A DNA stretch of 64,000 nucleotides from Planctomycetota bacterium (GTDB lineage Bacteria > Planctomycetota > B15-G4). The position numbers were made by a program, and so were the translations under genes. Below the pieces are notes generated by a model, which did no database searches, was not told the origin of the DNA, and was given only the letters and a program-made list of their open reading frames with translations. Positions 57,820 to 64,000 of this stretch are shown piece after piece (the stretch's first letter is position 1; each line of letters begins with the position of its first letter). The DNA lies in NCBI GenBank assembly GCA_965248575.1, contig CBDFJQ010000002.1:3264001-3328000 (forward strand), read 5' to 3'.

Positions 57820-59412
57820 ATGAACCGCTACGCGCTCGTCCTCATGTTGCTCTCCGTGCTCGGTGGCGCGGTCTACGCAGGCGATGCCAATTCGGCCTCC
57901 CGTGAAACCCACGTGCACCTCGACAAGCAGGGCGCCCTGCAGCAGGTGTTCCCCCACGCCGAACAGGTGCTCGAGCTACGCTATTTGCTGACGAGCGAAG
58001 AGTCGGCGCGCATCGAGAAGAGCATGGGGCGGCGCCTGGACGAAGGGGGGTTCTATCTGTACGCCGGGCTCACGGGCGGCAAGCCCGTCGGCTACGCCGC
58101 CATCGTGAGCCAGATCGGCAAGGTCAAACCCATCACGCACATCGTTGGGGTGAACCCGCAGGGCGACGTCTCCCAGGTGGCGGTCATGATCTACCGCGAG
58201 AGCCACGGGGCCGAGGTGGTCCGCCGGCGCTTCATGGAGCAGTACGAGGGCAAGTCGCTCGACGACCCGATCCGCATCAACCGCGACATCATCAACATTG
58301 CTGGAGCAACCCTCTCCGGCCATGCCATCTGCCGCGGCGTGCGCAAGGCGCTCTCGGTCGTAGACGAGGTCTTCCTCTCCCACACCGGGCCGGAGGTTCT
58401 CGCACTCCTGACGGGGCCCGGCGCGCTGGCCGACGATGTCACGCCGGGCGGGTTGCGAAACCTCTCCCCGGCGGCGGCTCCCGTGGCCACCCTTTCAGCT
58501 GCGGGCTCCCTTCGCCTCGAGCGCGAGATCATGGGCACGGTGGTCAGCGTCGAGGCCTATCCCGAAGTGGGCGGAGTCCACGGTGATCAGCTGGCGGTCG
58601 CCCTGAACGCCGCGCTGGACGAGGTGGAACGCTGGGACGACGTGCTCTCCAACTGGCGGACGGACACCGCTCTCTCCGCCTTGAATGAGGCTCCCGTGGG
58701 CGAGGCCTTGCCGATCGACCCCGCACTGATGGACTGGCTTGAGGACGCGAGGCACTGGGCAGAGGAATCCCACGGACGCTTTGACCCCGCACTCGGCGCG
58801 CTGGTGGATGCGTGGCAGCTCAACTCGCGCGAGCCTTGCCGCCCCGAAGCGACGCGCCTCGAAGCAGCCCTCGCAGCCTGCGGACTCCAGCAGTTCGTCA
58901 TCGACCGCAACGCTGGAACCGTGACGCGCCTGAATTCGGAAGCCCTGCTCGACCCGGGAGCTTCCGGCAAGGGGTACGCGCTCGATCGCGCCGCGGCCGT
59001 TCTTCGCGACCACGGCGTGCAGAGTGCCTTGCTCTCCTTCCGCAGCACGCTGCTCGCTCTGGGCCCTCCCCCAGGGCAAGACGGTTGGGTCGTACCGGTC
59101 ATTCACGACGGCGAAGGCGAACAAGTCTCCGAGGTCCTCCTGGCTCATGGAGCGCTCTCTGTCAGCGGGGGCGCCCTGCGCGCCCATCGAGACGGCACGG
59201 TGCTTCGCGGCCACGTCCTCGACCCCTTCAGCGGCGTGCCGGTGGAAGCAGCTCGGCTGGCGTGGGTTCAACACGATTCTGCGGCTGCATCGGATGCCCT
59301 GGCCACCGCCCTGTTGGTCGCCGGACCGAGCCTTCTCGCGGTCCCTGGGGCAGCGGGAGCCTTCGTCGCAAGCGCCGGTCAGCCCCTGAGCGACTGGCCG
59401 CCCAGCCCCTGA
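57820..59412 (+). CDS. apbE: FMN-binding domain fused to ApbE FAD:protein FMN transferase
   Basis: GK..PIT, YRESHG.EV, NIAGATLS flavinylation site; then IMGT, FDP, KGYALD, HVLDP, SDALATAL; signal peptide. Confidence 0.88.
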   Translation: MNRYALVLMLLSVLGGAVYAGDANSASRETHVHLDKQGALQQVFPHAEQVLELRYLLTSEESARIEKSMGRRLDEGGFYLYAGLTGGKPVGYAAIVSQIGKVKPITHIVGVNPQGDVSQVAVMIYRESHGAEVVRRRFMEQYEGKSLDDPIRINRDIINIAGATLSGHAICRGVRKALSVVDEVFLSHTGPEVLALLTGPGALADDVTPGGLRNLSPAAAPVATLSAAGSLRLEREIMGTVVSVEAYPEVGGVHGDQLAVALNAALDEVERWDDVLSNWRTDTALSALNEAPVGEALPIDPALMDWLEDARHWAEESHGRFDPALGALVDAWQLNSREPCRPEATRLEAALAACGLQQFVIDRNAGTVTRLNSEALLDPGASGKGYALDRAAAVLRDHGVQSALLSFRSTLLALGPPPGQDGWVVPVIHDGEGEQVSEVLLAHGALSVSGGALRAHRDGTVLRGHVLDPFSGVPVEAARLAWVQHDSAAASDALATALLVAGPSLLAVPGAAGAFVASAGQPLSDWPPSP

Positions 59413-59487
59413 GCCCAGCTTCGCGCGACCACGGCCACTCTCCAGGCAGGGCGTGCCCCGCCCGCCTCATCCCGGTAGCCTCTCTCC

Positions 59488-60060
59488 ATGCATTTCCTGA
59501 CTCGTCAGCGACTCCACATCTCGCTCTTCCATCCGCTGATGAAGGTGCTGATGTCGCTCTACATCGTGAGCGTTGGAGCTGGACTCTGGGTCGCGACCCT
59601 CAAGTACACCGACCGCGCCGACTGGAGCGCACAAGGTGTCGAGCTGATGGTGCACGGCAGCGAGGAACGCGCGGCCGACGACGCCTTCGGGGACCCGCTG
59701 GCCGGGCTCGAGCCGGAGACCCACGAGGGCATGAGTCGCCGGGAGCTGGTGGACATCGCCCACCCGCATCTCTTCACCATCCCCATCGTGTTGTTCATTC
59801 TCGGGCACCTTCTGCATCTCACACGGCTGCCCGACTGGCTCAAGCTCGGCATCAACGTGGCGGCCTTCGGGTCCTTCTTGGCCACCTTCCTGCTGCCCTT
59901 CCTGATCATCGAGAACGCGACCCTCGCGCCGGCCCTCTACATCTCGGGCTGGACCATGCTCGTCAGCTTCGTACTGCTCTGCGCGATCCCGCTGGTGGAG
60001 ATGTGGTTCGGGAAACCCGGCAGCTCAGGGTTTGATGCGATTCCGAAGCGCGGCGCGTAG
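59488..60060 (+). CDS. Four-TM membrane protein with conserved-looking His residues (putative heme b protein)
   Basis: LVDIAHPHLF, LGHLLHL; four hydrophobic helices. Confidence 0.65.
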   Translation: MHFLTRQRLHISLFHPLMKVLMSLYIVSVGAGLWVATLKYTDRADWSAQGVELMVHGSEERAADDAFGDPLAGLEPETHEGMSRRELVDIAHPHLFTIPIVLFILGHLLHLTRLPDWLKLGINVAAFGSFLATFLLPFLIIENATLAPALYISGWTMLVSFVLLCAIPLVEMWFGKPGSSGFDAIPKRGA

Positions 60061-60084
60061 AACACCGGCCCGCGCCCGGCCGCC

Positions 60085-60954
60085 TCAGGAAGCCTCTTCG
60101 GGCGAGCTCTGGATCCAGTTCTCGAGCACGCGCTCCAGCTGGTCCGCCGTGACCGGCTTGGTGACGAAGTCATCCATCCCGATCTCGAGGCAGCGCTTGC
60201 GGTTCTCGGCGATGGCGTGGGCCGTGAGGGCCACGATCGGGGTGTGACGCTCCTCCCCCTCCCGCCGACGAATCTCCTCGGTCGCCGCATAGCCATCCAT
60301 CACGGGCATCTGGCAATCCATCAGGATCAGATCGAAGGCTTCCTTGTCCATTGCATCCAGGGCCGCTTTGCCGTCTGCGACGACCTGCACGGAGTAACCG
60401 AGCTTCTCGATCATGCGCATGGCGACCTTCTGGTTGACCAGGTTGTCCTCCACCACAAGCACTCGGCAATCCGGTCGCCGCTTCGAGCTCGCACTCTTGG
60501 GATCCACGAGAAACTCCACGGTGAACCAGATCGTGTTTCCGACCTTCATGCCGCTGCGGACACCGACCTCGTCGGCGAGCAGGTGCATCGTTTGCTTCCA
60601 CAACGCGAGATCGACGTTCTCTCCTCGCGAGATATCACCGGCGATGGGGAAGGCGCCACCGTCTTCCGAGAGCAGGCCAGCACCGCCGTCGGTCACCTCG
60701 AAGGACACCACGACCCGGTCGCGTACAAGGCTCGTGACACGCGCCGCAACAGACACGGTGCCCCGCTGCGTGACATTCACGGCGTTGGCGATCAACAGCT
60801 GCAATGCCCGCCGCAGACGTCCCTCGTCGCCCACCAGGGCCGTGGGCAGCTCCGCATCACTCAACAGGGTGACGTGAACGCCCCGGGCCTCGGCTTCGCG
60901 GTGTGCCTCAGCCGTCACCGCCTGCAGGGTTTCGGTCGGATCAAAGTCCATCAT
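60085..60954 (-). CDS. Degenerate HATPase_c domain fused to a receiver domain
   Basis: GDEGRLRRAL.LLIANA, DGGAG, GNTIWF; REC VLVVEDN, LMDCQMPVMDG, ALTA, KP; no HisKA. Confidence 0.85.
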   Translation of the reverse strand: MMDFDPTETLQAVTAEAHREAEARGVHVTLLSDAELPTALVGDEGRLRRALQLLIANAVNVTQRGTVSVAARVTSLVRDRVVVSFEVTDGGAGLLSEDGGAFPIAGDISRGENVDLALWKQTMHLLADEVGVRSGMKVGNTIWFTVEFLVDPKSASSKRRPDCRVLVVEDNLVNQKVAMRMIEKLGYSVQVVADGKAALDAMDKEAFDLILMDCQMPVMDGYAATEEIRRREGEERHTPIVALTAHAIAENRKRCLEIGMDDFVTKPVTADQLERVLENWIQSSPEEAS

Positions 60955-61049
60955 CTGCTCTCTCCGAGAGCGCCAGTGTCATTCACCCCGGCGCTCGGGC
61001 TCTCTCTCGCTGACAGCCCGCCCCAGGTGGAGCGGGCCGTCATCCCGAT

Positions 61050-61078
61050 GCTTCGGGTGCGCGAGCGAACAGACTTGA
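61050..61078 (-). promoter_or_regulatory. Putative alternative-sigma promoter TCAAG-N16-CCCGAAGC
   Basis: Same spacing as three other instances. Confidence 0.35.
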
Positions 61079-61109
61079 ATACATGCGCCTACGCCGACGA
61101 GTCGCAGGC

Positions 61110-62525
61110 CTAGAGACGCACGTAGTCGAAATCGAGGGGCTGGCTGTTGATGCCCTTCGGTGGCGGAGCAATCCAGTTGGCGAACTTGCCCGGCTCCGTG
61201 CAGGGAGCCATGAGGTTCGTCACATATTCGCGATCCGCCTCACTCGGCAACCACTCGTCCTTGCGAGCGGCCCACTCGTCGGCGGTCAGCGGGTTGCCGT
61301 CGATGTCGAAGTGGCTCCCGGCGAAGCTGCCGATGTTGCGGTTGAAGCGACGATGCGGCAAGCGCAGCCGGTCCTTGATCCCTGCCTTCTCGAGGATGGC
61401 GTTCCAGTAGTTGACGCCCTTCTGGTTGTCGTCGATGTAGTCCTCGCGCAGCACTTCGTTCATGGCGTTGCGCATGGGGACCTGCTCCGTGACCAGCTTG
61501 CCGTCCTCCCACAAGGTGACTTCCTTGACCTGGTCGAGGGCAGTGTGCTCCTCGTAGTTCTTCATCTCCCAGGCACGGCCCTTCAGGCTGCTGCCAAAGA
61601 AGTTCGCCGAGTTGCTCGAGACTTCAGCGCCGTAGAGATCGTTGCTGCTGCTGGCCCAGAAGTGGATGTACTTCTGCATGGTCGGCAGGTCGATCACGTG
61701 GTGCTTGCGCGGGTCGTCGTTGGGGTGCTCGTTCATTACTTCGGCACACCGTTGGATCACACGACCGACGCCCGTCTGCCCCACGAACATGTGGTGGGCC
61801 TCTTCCGTCAGCATGAAGCGACAAGTGCGCGCCAGCGGATCGAAGCCTGACTCTGCGAGGCTCAGCAGTTGGAACTTGCCGTCTCGGTCCGTGAACATCG
61901 TGAAGCAGAAGAAGTCGAGCCACGTCTTGATGGGCTCGTTGAACGTCCCCAGGATTCGCGGGTGGTCGGGGTTGCCGCTGCGGCGCTGCAGGAGCTCTTC
62001 CGCCTCTTCGCGACCGTCCTTGCCGAAGTAGGTCTGCAGCAGATAGACCATCGCCCACAGGTGCCGGCCCTCTTCCACGTTCACCTGGAACAGGTTGCGC
62101 ATGTCGTAGAGGCTCGGCGCCGTGTCGGCCAGGAGGCGTTGCTGCTCCACCGAGGCCGGCTCCGTGTCGGCCTGGGTCACGATGATGCGACGCAGCCAGT
62201 TGCGGTACTCGCCCGGAACCTGCTGCCAGGCATCCTCACCCTTGTGGTCGCCGAAGCCGATCTTGCGGTTCTTCTCGGGCTCGGCCAGGAAGATGCCCCA
62301 GCGGTAGTCCGGCATCTTCACGTGCCCGAACTGCGCCCACCCCTTGGAATCCACCGACGTGGCCGTGCGCAGGTAGACATCCTTGTCGTTGTATTGCGTC
62401 GGCCCCATCTCCTTCCACCACTCGATGTAGTTGGGGAGCCACTGCTCAAGGGCGCGTTGCAACCGACGATCCGAGGAGAGGTCGACGTTGTTGGGGATCT
62501 TGCTCTCGTAGTCAATCGAAGCCAT
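61110..62525 (-). CDS. boxB: Benzoyl-CoA 2,3-epoxidase subunit BoxB
   Basis: KIPNNVDL, VKMPDYRWGIF, DTEPASVEQQ, di-iron EEGRH and EEAHH, FDYVR. Confidence 0.97.
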   Translation of the reverse strand: MASIDYESKIPNNVDLSSDRRLQRALEQWLPNYIEWWKEMGPTQYNDKDVYLRTATSVDSKGWAQFGHVKMPDYRWGIFLAEPEKNRKIGFGDHKGEDAWQQVPGEYRNWLRRIIVTQADTEPASVEQQRLLADTAPSLYDMRNLFQVNVEEGRHLWAMVYLLQTYFGKDGREEAEELLQRRSGNPDHPRILGTFNEPIKTWLDFFCFTMFTDRDGKFQLLSLAESGFDPLARTCRFMLTEEAHHMFVGQTGVGRVIQRCAEVMNEHPNDDPRKHHVIDLPTMQKYIHFWASSSNDLYGAEVSSNSANFFGSSLKGRAWEMKNYEEHTALDQVKEVTLWEDGKLVTEQVPMRNAMNEVLREDYIDDNQKGVNYWNAILEKAGIKDRLRLPHRRFNRNIGSFAGSHFDIDGNPLTADEWAARKDEWLPSEADREYVTNLMAPCTEPGKFANWIAPPPKGINSQPLDFDYVRL

Positions 62526-62582
62526 GACGAGTTCCTTGAGATAGAGGGTGAAGCGATGTGCGTGTCGTTGTGTCGGTCGGGA

Positions 62583-64000
62583 TCAAGTCCGGGTCCAGTT
62601 GAGCTCGGGACGGTTCGGAGTGCCGTAGCACTGAAGCGCGCCGCGCTGCCCCACGGCGTTCGGCCGCTGGAAGATCCAGTTCTGCCAAGCGGAGAGCCGC
62701 CCGAAGACCTTGGTCTCCATGGTCTCCGGCCCAGCGAACCGCAGGTTGGCTTCCATGCCGGTGAGGGCGTCCGGTGAAAACGACGCCCGCTCTTCGAGGG
62801 CGATGCGCAGGTCGTCTTCCCAGTCGATGCTGTCCGGCGCCATGGTGGCGAGACCCATCTCATCGGCCTGCTCTGCGTCGAGCAGGCTGGATTCAGCGAG
62901 CAACTCATCCACCCGATCTGGCGCGCCGAGATAGCGGGTCTGCAGCCGGGTGAGGCCGTTGGACATGGGGAACGGGCCACCATTCATGACGCTCGTCCCC
63001 ATGGACACGGGGGCGTCAGGGTCGTTGAGCAGGTAGATACGGTCGGCGGAGAGAGCCAGCTCCAGGAAGGTGCCGACGAAGCAGGTCCCCTCGTCAGCCA
63101 CGGCGAAGGTGCTGCGGGCCGACAGGTCGAGGCGCTTCAGGACACGCTTCACGAAGAGACGTACCTCGCGCACGAACCAGTGGTCCTTGCCGCTCTCGAG
63201 CAGCGCGTCTGCGGCCAGCGCCACGGCGGGATCGCCCACCACCCGCAGCGTCAGCGTGCCCACATCCAGGTACTCCAGACGCAGGTGCAGGAGCGCGTCG
63301 TCGAACTGCCTGAAGAGCTTGAAGAACCACCATTCACTTCCGGCGGCGTGTGCGGCCTCCGGAGAATCCGGCCCCGCTGCCTCAGGCAGCGTCAGGGTGA
63401 TCGCGGCCGTGCGGGCTTCCCCGTCGATGGCGACATCCACCATGTCGTAGTGGAAGCCCTCTTCGTCGAAGCTCGCACCGGCTGCTTCGAGCCGAATGCC
63501 CTTCGCGTCACCGCTTGAGGCGGAGCGGGAAACCAGCTCCGCCGCAGCCGTGCTGGTGAGGTCGTCGAACTTGGACAGTGGCGCCACGGCATCCACGAGG
63601 TTCCAGCGCACCGCGCGCTTGCCCTTGATGCCTTCGGCGATGCTGCAGAAGACGTCGGCGAGGTCGCGACGAACCATGCGCTTGTCGACGACACGCGTCA
63701 GCCCCCCCGTACCGGGCAGCACGCCCAGCAGGGGCACTTCCGGAAGCGAGACGGCGGAGTTGCGGTCGTCCACCAAGAGGATGTGGTCCGCGGCCAAGGC
63801 GAGCTCGTAGCCGCCGCCGCTCGCAGTCCCGTTCAGCGCAGCGAGGGTTTTCAGGCCCGAGAACTCGCTTGCGTCTTCGATGTACAGGCGCGTCTCGTTG
63901 GTGAACTTGCAGAAGTTCACTTTGAAAGCGTGGGTGCTCGTACGCAGCATGACGATGTTCGCGCCCGCACAGAACACACGATCCAGGTTGCCCGTGAGCA
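62583..64000 (-). CDS. boxC: 2,3-epoxybenzoyl-CoA dihydrolase BoxC, 5' end outside window
   Basis: FCAGANI, HAFKVNFCKFTNETR, GGGYELALA, LPGTGG, SAWQNWIFQRPNAVG. Confidence 0.96.
   Translation of the reverse strand, partial: LTGNLDRVFCAGANIVMLRTSTHAFKVNFCKFTNETRLYIEDASEFSGLKTLAALNGTASGGGYELALAADHILLVDDRNSAVSLPEVPLLGVLPGTGGLTRVVDKRMVRRDLADVFCSIAEGIKGKRAVRWNLVDAVAPLSKFDDLTSTAAAELVSRSASSGDAKGIRLEAAGASFDEEGFHYDMVDVAIDGEARTAAITLTLPEAAGPDSPEAAHAAGSEWWFFKLFRQFDDALLHLRLEYLDVGTLTLRVVGDPAVALAADALLESGKDHWFVREVRLFVKRVLKRLDLSARSTFAVADEGTCFVGTFLELALSADRIYLLNDPDAPVSMGTSVMNGGPFPMSNGLTRLQTRYLGAPDRVDELLAESSLLDAEQADEMGLATMAPDSIDWEDDLRIALEERASFSPDALTGMEANLRFAGPETMETKVFGRLSAWQNWIFQRPNAVGQRGALQCYGTPNRPELNWTRT

Noticed and set aside
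1..64000. CRISPR arrays, transposases, phage genes, rRNA
   Set aside because: None seen by eye; the repeats observed are protein-coding (FG-GAP, BNR) or the tRNA duplication

Overview
GC-rich bacterial chromosome window with about 50 genes. It is probably from an uncultured Planctomycetota lineage (inferred from FG-GAP/BNR exoproteins with a shared C-terminal domain, a sulfatase-like protein and an ECF sigma with an extension). Contents: ECF sigma/ZAS anti-sigma pair, arfB, queG, argR, moaA, an alternative sigma-70, a MacAB-TolC-type exporter, a large dispersed glycan-biosynthesis region (GT-C, GT2, GT4, WecA-like, two UDP-galactopyranose-mutase-like flavoproteins), tRNA-Ile2(CAT), and boxC-boxB for benzoyl-CoA degradation. 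Main observations: (1) a porin + FMN-bind/ApbE fusion + His-containing membrane protein cluster behind a Fur-box-like palindrome, a candidate extracytosolic flavinylation/iron-reduction system; (2) an AhpD-like selenoprotein (CxxU) that the ORF caller split at an in-frame TGA, followed by an fdhF-like SECIS; (3) a 1.54-kb integrase-less islet inserted in tRNA-Ile2 with a duplicated tRNA 3' half and arm-type repeats; (4) a recurring sigma28-like promoter motif with a 16-nt spacer; (5) a shared C-terminal domain on unrelated exoproteins. All calls come from reading motifs by eye; no database searches were run.
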